DNA of 64,000 nucleotides, taken from NCBI GenBank assembly GCA_965112155.1, contig OZ218101.1; one strand, written 5' to 3'. The notes below the pieces were generated by a model. That model had not been told where the DNA came from. It saw nothing but the letters and a program-made list of their open reading frames with translations, and ran no database searches. The position numbers and the translations under genes are program-made. Shown here one piece after another: positions 1 through 12,873 of this stretch (position 1 is the first letter of the stretch; each line of letters starts with the position of its first letter). Source of the DNA: Podarcis liolepis. Taxonomy: Eukaryota.

Positions 1-623
1 AGAACTCTGGGAGGCAAGCGCAGTCTCCTCAATTTTCTCTCTCCTGCCTGACGATCAGATTATTTCCCCCTGGTTCTCACTGGTCATTCCTTTCAGTTAA
101 ATTGGCTTATGGCATTCGTAAAGCTGAAGCCTATAGAAGCCAGAAAATTGGGAGTAACTCACTCAGTTGTCTGAAGATGGAACTTGTTTCACACTGAATG
201 TTGAAGACAAGAACTCATGTCTTTGCTGTTACCTTGGGGTGAGGGCACTGTTGCCCAATCACAATTATACTAAAATACTGGATTTTTTTCCGGTGTTTTC
301 TGTGGGAAGCTCTTGTCTTGGGGTAGGGGGAATAAAGACTTAAAGGGCAATCTGAAGCTTGGCAGTCTGCATGAGTATGTCATTGCTATGGTTGAGAGAA
401 GTTGAGATACAGAATTTTAATGCATTCATTGAAAATAAAAGAGACAGAACTGGGGAGAACTAATTGTTCTGCTCAAGTCCCCAAACCCCTCTCATATCTA
501 AGCGGATTAGGAGCTTTGGGAGGGAGTGTTCATAGTTTTGCAATATGGTAGCCATTTGGAATGGATTGTTTGAAACTCTCAGTAACAGGACTTGTAACAC
601 TTTGATGTGTGTTTAAACTGCAG

Positions 624-757
624 TCAAACTCAGCGAAGCCCCCATGTGTTTTATCGCCATGACTTAATCAATCAACTTCAGCACAATCATGCTCTAGTAA
701 CTTTAGTTGCAGAAAATCTTTCAGCCTATATGGAAAGCATGAGACAGTATGCTAAAG
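624..757 (+). CDS. USP9X: USP9X exon ~14
   Basis: cag|TCAAACTCAG...GCTAAAG|gtgagt; [32 protein letters not shown]. Confidence 0.95.
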
Positions 758-1337
758 GTGAGTTAAATTTAATTTTGTCTAGAACTACACTATGAGATAT
801 ATTGCTATTTATTTCCTCTTTATATGCTGAAGGAAGTGGGAAAGTCACCTTCCACCTAGATTCTACTTTAGGTATTTTTCCAGACCCAACTGTACATATT
901 TAAGCAAATACGTGGGGAGGGGCAGAATTATTTTATTGTCAATGCTGCCAATATCGTGTACATTTGTGTATTTTTACAATAGCTATAAAATGTGCTGTGA
1001 TTGAAATTTATATCTCCCACATTTTGCTTAACTACTTCTGGAAAAGTTAATTTCAACATTTGCTGCAAATATGGTATCTAATATTGGGTAGTTTCTAATA
1101 ATTTTCCAAAGTAATTTTGTTGTTGGAATGTAAACTTTGCATATACCTTTCAAATAGAAAAGCAATCACTAATTTTAAATACTCTTTTAATAGATAAGAC
1201 TGGATATGAAACTTTATAATGTATGCAATCCTAAGCACTTTCTTGGACATAATGGCACGTCCTTTAAACAAAAATAGAAAAGGTTTTGCTGTTGGATTAA
1301 AAAAAAAGTATTATAATATTTTGTATTAAATTTTCAG

Positions 1338-1425
1338 AGCATGGAGAATACGATCCACAAACTGTAAGACCTGGGAGTAGATACAGTCATGTGCAAGAAG
1401 TCCAAGAACGTCTGAACTTCCTACG
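1338..1425 (+). CDS. USP9X: USP9X exon ~15
   Basis: ttttcag|AGCATGGA...CTACG|gttggt; [29 protein letters not shown]. Confidence 0.95.
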
Positions 1426-2137
1426 GTTGGTTTTAGTGATACTTGCTTTACATTGGGTGTAAAAGTAGCAATCTATGCTGTTCAAAAAGCAAAAAATGAA
1501 TGCCCCTTTTTGCTGTTGAGAACAGCTGATCTACAAAATGATATTTGTCTTGTGGCTGAATCTATTTCTAGACAAGGTCGCAGTAAGGCACATGGCTAGA
1601 AACAAGTTCCTCTTGCATGGTCTTTAGTTCCAGGTCTTACCAGCTAGAATGCACAATCCCTTTATTTGTCTCATTCCCATGTCACAGATGAAGGCTCCCT
1701 GGCTGCTTTCATTTATCCACATACCAGCTCTCTATTGCTCCTAGCGCAAGCACTGATGATCTTTATTCTAACTAGTTGAGTTACTGCTTAATTGCTCTGC
1801 TGCCCCCAGAAGAATAGGGGCAGAGAGTGTACTGGTACACTTTTTAGTCTGATACAGCTGATGCAGACATATCCCTTGTTTCATCAAAACATGTTTGAAG
1901 GAGCAGGTTTTCTGATGGTAGGACAGCAATGATATGTGATAACACTAGAAACCTTTCCATATGCAAGGGATTAGAAAAAGGCATGCAGTACCTCGGTCAA
2001 GGAAAGAGATAACTCATGTACAAGTTCTAATGTTCTTACGATTTGAAAATATAGAGAATGAATATTTCTAGCCAAGTGGCCATTCCACAGACAAGGTTCC
2101 TCACTTAAGTTTACTCTGACAGCCCTATACTTACTGC

Positions 2138-2139
<2 letters not shown>

Positions 2140-2179
<40 letters not shown>
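2140..2179. repeat. (AC)20 microsatellite
   Basis: Read directly. Confidence 0.95.
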
Positions 2180-2180
<1 letters not shown>

Positions 2181-2915
2181 ACTTGGCTAAAAGAAAAAAG
2201 CCTTGAATATTAGGTGAGATAAGCCCAGAATAATCTACTAAGATCAGAGCACACGTATTCTTAACTATGATGGTGGATGTTTTATTTTACACTTCTGAAG
2301 AAGATACAGTTGTAATCAAAAGCATAACAAAGCATTTCCCCCCTAAATATTCACAGTAGATAACACCATGAGAGGAATGGTAAACGTTCTGATTATGGCT
2401 GGTACTGCTCATGTTCCTTCTAGGTGTGAAACGTATCAGCTGGGATTAATGGGGGAAGGATACCTTTATTTATCCATGTGTGATCACTGGATAGAAGAAT
2501 TGTTCTTTGGACACAGTAGTTAGGCTCTGTGTGAAATTCACACAATTTTCTCTATGCAATTTGTACACAATTTTCTTTACTGCTCTATTCTGCTTTGGAT
2601 AGTTATTGAAGCATTTTTCTGCTTATAGTACTGAGACAGATGCATCTACAGGAAATCAATAGCTGGGATTTTTTTGTAGGACTGAAGGATGTTCAATGAA
2701 ATTGAGCCAGCCAACTAGTCCAAAAAAGTACATAATACCTATTTATCTAGGCATGATACAAAGGCAATCTGTTTGCTTAACTCAAATTTTCTTTTATAGT
2801 TGGGATTCTAACATCTTTTACCTGCTTATACATGTCAGTATGTGACTGACATTTGTGTACAGAGTAGTTGTGTGAAATGTCAAGTTTATAATATGCATAT
2901 TATTTAATCCGGATA

Positions 2916-3602
2916 CCGTATTTTTTGCTCCATAGGGCACACCAGACCATAGGGCGCACCTAGGTTTTTTGGGGGGGTGGGGAATAAAGAATCCCCCCCC
3001 CAGCCCCAAAGAGCAAAGAAGCCAAGACAGCCAGCGGGATTCATCCCGCTGGCTGTCTTGGCTTCCTCTTTAGCTACACACAACCTCTCCAGCCGGGAGA
3101 ATCTGTGTGTGGCTTTGTTTTTAGCCGCGGGGCTGGGGCGGGGGAAGCCCGAGCTTCCCCTGCCCCCAGCCCCCAGAACAGGTCCGGGAGCAGAGGCAAG
3201 GTTGCGCAGCCTTGCCGCCGCTCCCGGAGCTTGCAGGCTGGGCGAGCACTCCGAAGGTTTGCGGATAGCTGCTTGAAGCCCAGGGAGCGCAGTGGGAGTT
3301 GGCACTGCGCTCCCCGGGCTGCAGGCTGCTATCTGCAAGCCTTTGGAGCCTGCGGGCATTCCCGCTGGGCTCCGAAGGCTTGCGGATAGGTGCCTGAAGC
3401 CTGGGGTGCGCAGTGCTGCGCTCCCCGGGCTTCGGGCTCCAGGCTGCTATCCGCAAGCCTTCGGAGCCCGCGGGCATTCCCGCAGCACTCCGAAGGCTTG
3501 CGGATAGCTTCCTGAAGCCTGCATTCGCTCCATAGGACGCACACACATTTCCCCTTCATTTTTTGAGGGGAAAAAGTGAGTCCTATAGAGCGAAAAATAC
3601 AG
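2916..3602. mobile_element. Non-autonomous Tc1-mariner/pogo (Tc2-like) MITE, long form
   Basis: TA|CCGTATTTTTTGCTCCATAGG ... CCTATAGAGCGAAAAATACAG|TA terminal inverted repeats with TA target duplication; same ends as 62527-62784. Confidence 0.85.
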
Positions 3603-3766
3603 TAGATTGTTCTCTTTTCTGTGATTGAGGAATATTCCAGAATGTATGAATACATTGGAGAACAGTTGAAAACAGCATCAGCTACTGAGTTTCAAGTGTT
3701 AATTCATAGAATTAGAGCGACATTTCTAATTTTAATGACTTCTTGTTTCTCTCTGTTTCATTCTAG

Positions 3767-4109
3767 ATTTTTACTGAAGGATGGTCAACTATGGCTCTGT
3801 GCTCCTCAGGCAAAACAAATATGGAAGTGTTTAGCTGAAAATGCAGTCTACCTGTGTGATCGTGAAGCCTGTTTTAAATGGTATTCTAAACTCATGGGAG
3901 ATGAACCGGATTTAGACCCTGACATAAATAAAGACTTCTTTGAAAACAATGTTCTTCAGTTGGACCCTTCACTCTTAACAGAAAATGGAATGAAATGTTT
4001 TGAACGTTTCTTCAAAGCTGTGAACTGTCGAGAAGGGAAGCTAGTTGCAAAGAGACGAGCCTATATGATGGATGACTTGGAGTTAATAGGATTAGATTAC
4101 CTTTGGAGG
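3767..4109 (+). CDS. USP9X: USP9X exon ~16
   Basis: ttctag|ATTTTTA...TGGAGG|gtaagt; [16 protein letters not shown]...GLDYLWR. Confidence 0.96.
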
Positions 4110-4146
4110 GTAAGTGCAAAAGTACATCTAACTTACTCAAGTTGTA

Positions 4147-4509
4147 AAGGTAAAGGTACCCCTGCCCGTACGGGCCAGTCGTGTCCGACTCTATGGTTGT
4201 GCGCCCATCTCACTTAAGAGGCCGGGGGCCAGCGCTGTCCGGAGACACTTCCAGGTCACGTGGCCAGGGTGACGAAGCTGCTCTGGCGCGCTGGCACCAG
4301 TGCAGCACACGGAAACGCCGTTTACCTTCCCACTGTAAAGCGGTACCTATTTATCTACTTGCACTTAAGGGTGCTTTCGAACTGCTAGGTGGGCAGGAGC
4401 TGGGACCGAAAGATGGGAGCTCACCCTGCCACGGGGATTCGAACCGCTGACCATGCGATCGGCAAGCCCTAGGCGCTGAGGTTTTACCCACAGCACCACC
4501 CGCGTCGCC
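4147..4509 (-). mobile_element. Sauria SINE (Squam1-type), full length
   Basis: Minus-strand tRNA-like head with B box GGTTCGAATCC, ACCTTT-repeat tail, 12-bp TSD ACTCAAGTTGTA at 4135-4146 and 4510-4521. Confidence 0.92.
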
Positions 4510-5689
4510 ACTCAAGTTGTAGTTTATAGTAATTTGACAAAAAAGTTGGTTTGTATGGCTAGGCCATTAAAATAAAAGTTCTGCAACTGTTATTACATGT
4601 GAGTTCTACTGTGTACTTCAGCTACGCATTGCCTATTTTGATACGCTGTGATTTGTACAAAGTGCAAAATCGGCACATGGCTTGGTGAAAAACTCATTTG
4701 ATGTTGGATATGAGGTTGCCACAGATACTTATTCTTTCTAGTGCTGCTGCAGAAGTCTGCTATGTCCATGCAGCTACACAATGCTTCCTGAAGTCATCAT
4801 TATATATGTGGAGTATCAGGTTGCAACTGTGGCTTTGGTAGTTCGTTGCTGTCACACTGTAAAAGGAGTGCTCTCTCTGTAGGAATGGCAATCAGTGTCA
4901 GGAAAGCTGCCAATTATGTAGTTTGCTCTCATTTTCTTCCTCTGTTCAATTAGTCCAGCTGTCTCACTACCCAAACTGGCAGAAGTAGTCTTGGGTGTAG
5001 GGTTGGAAAATTCCCAGACTTTGTGATTTCAAAATCCATGCTGACTTGGGACATTATGGCTGCCATGGCAACCAAGGGGCTGCCTCAGTACAGAATTGAC
5101 CTGCCAAATAACAGGACATAGCCTTTATCTTTATTTACAAAAGGATGACTGGTAGATGGATTGGTATTGTAGGGCGGGGTAGGGGTATGTTTGCATTACC
5201 CTGTTATGGAGCAACCATTTGCCTTTAGCCTGCAGGACTGGAGTACTTAATCAGCAGCTTTGCCCCTGGACTTGGGGGATTTTCCATATGGCATTATCTA
5301 GTGCTCCTGCCAAGTCCCTGGTCTCACAATGGAAAGTGTCATTGACACAAACACTTCTATGTGTCCTTTGGTGCTATAGATCCCAATGGTGCCCTGGCTT
5401 TCAAGGGAACTCCAGGGAATATAGCGAGTTTTATAAATGAAAAATGACTGAGCACAGGTGAATGCACATAATAATACCTACTGTATGCTGGTGATGGAAG
5501 CTAAGAAAGCTTGCTTCTGTGCCACTATTGCATCCTCAAGTAGCCATCCTGAGGGGTGAATGGGCTATTGAAATCTAGTCCTAAGGTACAGTTCTTGGAG
5601 ATGTGCTTTGACAATGCTGCAAGGCACTTGCAGGGTATGGTTGCTCATATTTGTGCAGAACTTGGTATCACTGTTAATATAGTTCCAGA

Positions 5690-6470
5690 GGAGGTGTCCA
5701 GAAAACATTGATGATACCCAGCTCAATTTCTCTGTAAAATTGGAATTGGAAGAAGCCTTACAAGCCCTGGACTGGTGCCTGCGCTTGGTGGTGCGTTTAT
5801 GGCTCTGAATCCTGGTGATACAGAGGTGCTGTGAATGAGCAATTTCCTAGTCTGGATAATTGGTCGATTGCCTGCTTTGGATGGGTTGTATCCTCCTGAA
5901 GGAGGTTCTTAGTGTGGAGATGCTGCTGGACCCATCTCTGTCACTAGAAGCCTAGGTGACCTCGGGAGCTAGGAGTGCAGTACACCAGCTTCAGTTGGAA
6001 AGATAGCTGCATCTGTTTCTGGATCATTGCAGCCCAACCACTGTCATCCATATGTTGGTAACCTCCAGATTGGATTACTGCAATGCATTCTATTTGGGGC
6101 TGCCCTTGAGACTGACCCAGTAACTGCAGCTATGCAGCAGTTGGACTGTGGTGGAATATCATTATATGACACCACTGCTGAAAGAATTGAACAGGCTGCC
6201 AGTAAGCTACCAGATTAGGTTCCAGGTGCTGGTATTGGTGTTCAAAGCCCATATACACTATGGACCAGGGTATCTAAAAGATCACCTCATCTGCTACATA
6301 CCCATTCTGCAGGAGAGAGCATCCTGCTAGGAGGTCTGTTCCACACAATGTAAAAATTGGGCCACCTACACTTTGAAAACCTTCACATTGCATATCAAAT
6401 AGGCACATTCTCCATTATCATTTCAGCACCTTCCAAATACATTCCTTTTTTTCTACAAACCTTCTAAAAT
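5690..6470 (+). mobile_element. Degraded L2-clade LINE, 3' RT fragment
   Basis: GATGATACCCAGCTC (DDTQL), SRLDYCN-like CTCCAGATTGGATTACTGCAAT, and TPLLKELNRLPVSYQIRFQVLVLVFKA. Confidence 0.8.
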
Positions 6471-7355
6471 CTTTATTCCAATTGGTATTTATTTTGTATT
6501 TGAATTGATTTTATGTAGGTGCTACTGTTTTAAGTTTTTATTTATAGTTGTCATTTACATTTGTTTATATATATACAGTTGTTTTGTTTTTATATATGTT
6601 CTATTTCAAATCACAATTGCTGGTCAAGTAAACCTCTAAATGTTCAGAGCTGGCACTGCTCAATCTTTTAATGGGAGGCAACACTAATTTACAGTTAAAA
6701 CCCCCGATAAGTTATTTTTTACTATTGGCCTTACTATTGGCCAGGCTTGTAATGAGATACTGGAAGAACTCGGAGGGCATTTCTTTGACAGACTGGTACA
6801 ATAATGTATGGCAAATAGCATTTGGGGGAAAATAGACTAATAAAATAAAATTGGCCCAAGGTTTGAACCATAAAATTATTTTGCAACTGATTGGTACAGC
6901 TTTGTTATTATATGTGGCTAAAACTGAAAACATCCGACTCCCTTCACATTATAAAACTTTTTGATTAGTATAAATTGTATATTGCTTTCTATGTAAATGG
7001 TTGTCTGGGATAGGACTTATTATATTCTTTGGACGTTATTTCTGATGTATTGCTTTAACTTCATCTCATGGGCTAGGGTGGGAAAATTTATTTTATGTGT
7101 GTATGATGTTGTCATATGTTAGATGAATCTAATGACTTTTAAAAAAATTGTAAATCACTTTGGGATGCCTCATGGAAAATAGTTCATAAATGAAATAATA
7201 TTACTGTGTGTTGTATCGAAGCCAAGAATGGGTCATAAGACCATTTGCAGTAGATTTTATATACATATTTTTGTCAAGATTGCATTTAGAGATTTTATTC
7301 TCATAGGCCATAATGCTTAAGTTAAAGTGGTATATGCTTTATATTTCTGTCTTAG

Positions 7356-7451
7356 GTTGTAATTCAAGGAAGTGATGACATTGCCAGTCGAGCAATAGAT
7401 CTACTAAAGGAAATCTATACCAATCTTGGTCCGAGATTGCAAGTAAATCAG
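7356..7451 (+). CDS. USP9X: USP9X exon ~17
   Basis: cttag|GTTGTA...AATCAG|gtaaaa; [32 protein letters not shown]. Confidence 0.95.
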
Positions 7452-7841
7452 GTAAAATTATGGAAAAAACTGTTGTTGTTTTTTAAAAATAGGTAGCATC
7501 TACCATTTTCATTGATGAAAGTCTCCTTCCTTAGTATGCTTTGCTTGAGGACTATTTTACAAAAGTAAATCTTTGAGAACATACATTTCTTCTTTAGCTG
7601 GCTCTTCATTCAGATAGGAATTCATACTAACTAATGGCTTTTAAGTTGTTAATTGCCATGTATTTTCATCATTCCAAAAATTCTGTTGGCACACTGAAGC
7701 CTGTTAAAAATACTAGTGTTGCTGGAATCTTCTGCTCAGGAGTGTCATCCATGCAAATTACAGATGTAGGATTAATTTGTCTCTCTTGTGACCTTTTATA
7801 TTGTTTTGTTGAGATATAGTTATCTCTTGGCATTTCTGTAG

Positions 7842-8053
7842 GTAGTAATCCATGAAGACTTCATTCAGTCCTGCTTTGATCGTTTGAAAGCATCCTATGA
7901 TACTTTGTGTGTTTTGGATGGCGATAAAGACAGTATTAATTGTGCAAGGCAAGAAGCGATAAGAATGGTGCGAGTGTTGACCGTTTTAAGAGAATATATA
8001 AATGAATGTGACAGTGATTACCACGAAGAACGAACAATTCTACCAATGTCAAG
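7842..8053 (+). CDS. USP9X: USP9X exon ~18
   Basis: ctgtag|GTAGTAATC...TCAAG|gtttgt; [20 protein letters not shown]...ERTILPMSR. Confidence 0.95.
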
Positions 8054-8618
8054 GTTTGTGGAAATTTCAAAACTCTGGTAAATTAGGATGCAATATTAAG
8101 TAATTTTCCAAGTAACTGTGGTGTTAGGATTCTGCTATGCATCTCATATTGTGTAAAAACTTTTAAATAACATAGCCTGTGTAATATATTAGTACAGTAT
8201 ATTTGTAGAATCATAAATCTTATATTTCTGATTTCCTTGCCAAATACATAAAGGCAAAAGATAATCCATTCATTATATGCTGTAGATAACCTTTTCAGAT
8301 TTATTCCCCTTTAGTCTAGCAAACAAGTAGAAGAATTATTAAAAAGTAAGCAAAATTTTCTGAATTCCAGTTTTATTGGAGTGTTGTACTCTTTTGAAAA
8401 TAAAATAAATCTTAACGAGTAAAGTCAACTATGTCAGCAAAATACCGCTATTGGGACAATTATTAGGTATTGTTCTAATGTGACATTTTGGCTGGCCTAT
8501 TAAAGGCATTGCCCCAATATAAATTTAGTTCTATAGTTCTCTCTGGCAGTAGTAAACGCTTTTAAAGATTTTTGATTGTTTTAAGTGGTATTATCTTTAT
8601 CTTTATCTTTGTTCTCAG

Positions 8619-8859
8619 AGCTTTTCGTGGTAAACACATCTCTCTGGTAGTTCGTTTTCCAAATCAAGGCCGGCAAGTGGAAGACTTGGATGTTTGGTCC
8701 CATACAAATGACACGATTGGTTCAGTTAGACGTTGCATTCTCAGTCGTATTAAAGCCAACAGTGCACATACAAAAGTAGAGTTATTTATTGGAGGCGAGC
8801 TAGTAGATCCGGCAGATGATAGAAAATTAATTGGACAATTAAATCTCAAAGATAAAACA
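8619..8859 (+). CDS. USP9X: USP9X exon ~19 (ubiquitin-like domain)
   Basis: ctcag|AGCTTTT...AAAACA|gtaagt; [19 protein letters not shown]...LNLKDKT. Confidence 0.95.
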
Positions 8860-9088
8860 GTAAGTACTGTAAATATCATATATTGATCAGCTTACTTATT
8901 TTTGAAAGTTCTCTGTTGAAAGTTAAATGAATGCATAAATGTAATTTGAAATAATGGCATGTTTTGTGAGTAGCTATAGTATTAACAGTTTGATATATTC
9001 AGTCAAGTTTGCTATTAGAAAGTAACCGTTTTAACAGTTTTGTACAATCTCTCCATTTTATCACTTTCTGTTACTCCCCACCCCCCAG

Positions 9089-9238
9089 CTAATTACAGCC
9101 AAGCTTACACAGATAAGTTCCAATATGCCTTCAAGCCCTGATAGCTCATCTGATTCCTCAACTGGTTCTCCAGGCAACCATGGCAATCACTATAGTGATG
9201 GTCCAAACCCAGAAGTTGAAAGTTGCTTGCCTGGAGTT
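9089..9238 (+). CDS. USP9X: USP9X exon ~20
   Basis: ccccag|CTAATT...GGAGTT|gtaagt; [31 protein letters not shown]. Confidence 0.95.
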
Positions 9239-9337
9239 GTAAGTAAAGAACAGACACACACTCAAAATTATAGACTGAAATTTATTATCTGATATTAGGA
9301 GCTGGTATCTCATGACAGGTTTTTACTTTTATTTTAG

Positions 9338-9458
9338 ATCATGTCACTGCATCCTAGATATATCTCGTTTCTTTGGCAAGTTGCAGACCTAGGCTGTAGC
9401 CTAAATATGCCACCTCTTAGAGATGGTGCACGGATCCTTATGAAATTGATGCCACCAG
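9338..9458 (+). CDS. USP9X: USP9X exon ~21
   Basis: ttttag|ATCATG...CCACCAG|gtaaga; [19 protein letters not shown]. Confidence 0.95.
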
Positions 9459-9960
9459 GTAAGATTTATTTTCAGTGTATTTTCTATTTATAGAAAGTGA
9501 AATGTAGAGCATCTTAGAAGCTACCTGTACAAAACAATCAAACTGCATGTTTAACTCTCCATGTTCAGAATCAGTGTGGGGATTCATCTGTGTGAGTGTG
9601 TTTAAAAGCAGTAGTCAGAGCAATAGTGCACACACTGTTGCCATTTCCACTCCAGAAAGTTCAAAAGCAAGTATCAAGCTGCTTTTCCTCAAACTGTTTT
9701 TGGGGTTCTTTGAAGACACATGCTGAAAGAGGTGGTCATGGAAAATTTCTAGTGCATGCTATTTCTCCAGTTTGCAGCATTTGTCTTGGGACTGAAGCAA
9801 AATGTGATTTTCAAAGAAAAAAAGACAAAAATTTTCCATGTTCTGCAGTGCTATCTATTCCTTTGCAGTTTCAATGTATTACACTTTCCAAAAGTGTTTC
9901 AGAAATCTATATTGTATTCTCTGTGGGAAGAAACATCTTTAAATTGTGCTTTTATTCCAG

Positions 9961-10091
9961 ATAACACTACTGTAGAAAAACTAAGAGCTATTTGTTTAGA
10001 CCATGCAAAACTCGGAGACAGCAGCCTTAGTCCATCCCTGGATTCTCTTTTCTTTGGCCCTTCTGCATCACAAGTGCTATATCTTACAGAG
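9961..10091 (+). CDS. USP9X: USP9X exon ~22
   Basis: ttccag|ATAACACT...ACAGAG|gtttgt; [18 protein letters not shown]. Confidence 0.95.
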
Positions 10092-10189
10092 GTTTGTAAT
10101 ATCTCATTTTTAATATTTTGATACTTGAAATTTTCCTTCTAGTATTATTTTTACACTGAATTCAGGGATCACACCCAAATTGCAGAGTA

Positions 10190-10402
10190 CAGTGCTACCT
10201 CTAGTTGCGGACACGATCTGTTCAGGGGTGCCATTTGCACCCCGAAAAGTCTGCAACTAGAGTGGCACTTCTGCGCAGAGCGCGATAGAGCATTTCTGCG
10301 TATGCACATGCGGCGAAACCTGGATATATACACTTCTGGGTTTGCCGTGTTCTCAAGCCGAAAAGACACAACATGAACATAACGCAACACGAGGTATGAC
10401 TG
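10190..10402. mobile_element. Tigger/pogo-like MITE
   Basis: TA|CAGTGCTACCTC ... GAGGTATGACTG|TA; related to 54732-54953. Confidence 0.75.
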
Positions 10403-10593
10403 TACTGCAAGGCCTTCCCATAGGACTGGATTGTGGGGAAGGTTGCTCATGGAGAAAAGAGCTTCATCACAAAATGTAAAGGAAGCAAATATGCAAAAAC
10501 CACCCTCTCATCTTGCATTTTAGTATACTTAGTTTAAAAGTTTGCTGAATTATTTTTCCCGTTTTCTTTCTCCCACTTCTTTCCCCCTTGCAG

Positions 10594-10872
10594 GTAGTTT
10601 ATGCCTTGTTAATGCCTGCCAATTTACCTCTGGGAGAAGATGCCACTGACTTCCAGTACAACTTCTTAAAAAGTGGTGGCTTACCTCTTGTGCTGAGTAT
10701 GCTGACCAGAAATAACTTCCTGCCAAATGCAGATATGGAAACAAGAAGGGGTGCCTACCTAAATGCTCTAAAAATAGCAAAACTATTGCTAACTGCAATT
10801 GGCTATGGCCATGTGAGAGCCGTGGCGGAAGCTTGTCAGCCAGTTGTAGAGGGCACAAGCCCAATGTCACAG
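10594..10872 (+). CDS. USP9X: USP9X exon ~23
   Basis: ttgcag|GTAGTT...TCACAG|gtaacg; VVYALLMPA...[18 protein letters not shown]. Confidence 0.95.
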
Positions 10873-11075
10873 GTAACGTTAACTTTGTTCTTAAAGCAAA
10901 ATCGTAAATGCTTTATTGTGATCTGATAACCAGCAAATATTTAAAGTCTGATACTGACTAGTATTGCTTAATTTGTAAATGGCTATGGAAATATATTTTT
11001 TCTCCACCGTGTTAAATTTTTACAGTTGAAGATAGTATGTTCTTTCTTTAAAATATTGAAAATAAATTGTTCCAG

Positions 11076-11201
11076 ATCAACCAAGCAACTCATGATCAAG
11101 CAGTGGTGTTGCAAACTGCTCTACAGAACATTCCCAACCCAACCTCAGAGTGCATGCTAAGAAATGTAGCAATACGCCTTGCACAGCAAATATCTGATGA
11201 G
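11076..11201 (+). CDS. USP9X: USP9X exon ~24
   Basis: ttccag|ATCAAC...GATGAG|gttagt; [22 protein letters not shown]. Confidence 0.95.
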
Positions 11202-11751
11202 GTTAGTATAATTTTCACTATTCCCTCAGTTCCTGATTTAGGCTTAAGGCAGTGACTTGGGGAGTGGGAGAGGAGAATCTGTACTTTCCTCAGCAGTTGC
11301 TTATATATCCTTAATGGAAGCCTGTCTCTAGGGTGCAACCTGACAAAATAGAAGGCGCTTCCTTGGTGGCATCTGGTCACACCTTAACGCTTCCTGGTTC
11401 TGTAGTTGCCGATTCGAATCCCTGTGCCAGGATACTGTCCCTTTTGAGAGGAGCACATACTTTGCATCCAGAAATCTCAGTGCCGTTTTAAAAATATATG
11501 GTAGTAGGTGATGAGAGAGACTTTGGCTAGAGACCCTGGAGAACCACTTCCCAAGTTGACAGTACAGGGCCAGATGGACTTGGTATGAGCTTCAGCCTCC
11601 AGTGCAAGAATACAGACTCTCGTGGATTCAGATTTGTGGGAAATGTATTAATTGTTTGCTTTTTTTACTCTTGCTCTCTATGCTTCTTTCTCCCTGTCTG
11701 AAGGGAAAAGATTTGGAACAGTTATATTTGATGCTATCTTTCTATTTTTAG

Positions 11752-11877
11752 GCTTCAAAATATATCCCTGATATTTGTGTTATTAGAGCAGTGCAGAAAA
11801 TAGTTTGGGCCTCAGGATGTGGATCAGTACAGCTGGTTTTCAGTTCAAATGAGGATATTAGTAAAATTTATGAGAAG
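11752..11877 (+). CDS. USP9X: USP9X exon ~25
   Basis: ttttag|GCTTCA...GAGAAG|gtaaga; [24 protein letters not shown]. Confidence 0.95.
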
Positions 11878-12706
11878 GTAAGAAATCCTAAGCAACCTTT
11901 TCTCTCAAACTGATCTTTGATAAGGGCTATTCTAGGAAATCCAGACTTCAAGTGGCCTGTTTAGAAATTTTAAGCATTTTTATATAATTTTAAATAATTT
12001 TCATGTAATAGATTTCCGAGTTAAATTGTTGGTAGTTACTTTGCTGGCACTTTTATTGAGAGAATGCCTTTATAGCTTTTAAGAAAGCACTTCAGTGTTA
12101 CCTCATTGAAGCATAACTTCGTAGCAGTCTCAGTGCCTTTTTACAGTCTCATGTGGATGGAGAATTCTTGGGTTGGGGCAACTGACTAAAATGATTTAAA
12201 CAGTTCTAATTTTGGTTCCTCTGTTTTGTTTTTTTCGGGTTGGTGTTGGCAGTTATTTTAATTTGGGTCTTCTTCTTTTCTGTTGATTTATTGGTTTGTT
12301 TGTTGCTTTTATAGGATATTCTGTTTTGTTTTTTCATTTTTGATGTTTTGTTACATTTTTATATATGTTGTAAGCTGCCCAGAGTGGCTGGGGATATAAA
12401 TTTAAAAAATATTTTTTATTTATTGCTATATTCCCCCTGACTTTTCACTAATGCCTTTCCCCTTTCACATAATTTCAACATTGTGTCAGAATTCATGTTT
12501 GTATGTGTGGCTATAAATAAGATAACAGACCGCATTATTATAATTATTAATCCCTGTTTCAGTTGTAGACCTTACTCAGGCTGTAGCTTGTAGTAAGTAG
12601 ATGTTTATCCTCAGTATTGGTTTGTATCTGAAGGGAGCAGTTAAGAATATCATTAGTTCTTCTTCCATTCCTATTTTATGCTACTTATTTCTGATTAATT
12701 TTACAG

Positions 12707-12873
12707 ACAAATGCAGGCAATGAACCAGATGCAGAAGATGAACAAGTTTGCTGTGAAGCACTCGAAGTGATGACCCTTTGTTTTGCCTTGATTCCAACAG
12801 CGCTGGATGCACTTAGCAAAGAAAAAGCTTGGCAGACATTTATCATTGACTTGTTGTTGCACTGTCACAGCAA
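12707..12873 (+). CDS. USP9X: USP9X exon ~26
   Basis: ttacag|ACAAAT...AGCAA|gtaagt; [28 protein letters not shown]. Confidence 0.95.

Noticed and set aside
2295-2323. CTGAAGA-stem-CAAAAGC, like a Penelope hammerhead ribozyme core
   Set aside because: GAAA is changed to AAAA and no convincing stems I/III or cleavage triplet are present; at most a dead relic
2818-3655. Cluster of overlapping 60-150 aa ORFs on both strands
   Set aside because: They lie in the GC-rich tandem core of a MITE and show repeated peptides with no protein motif
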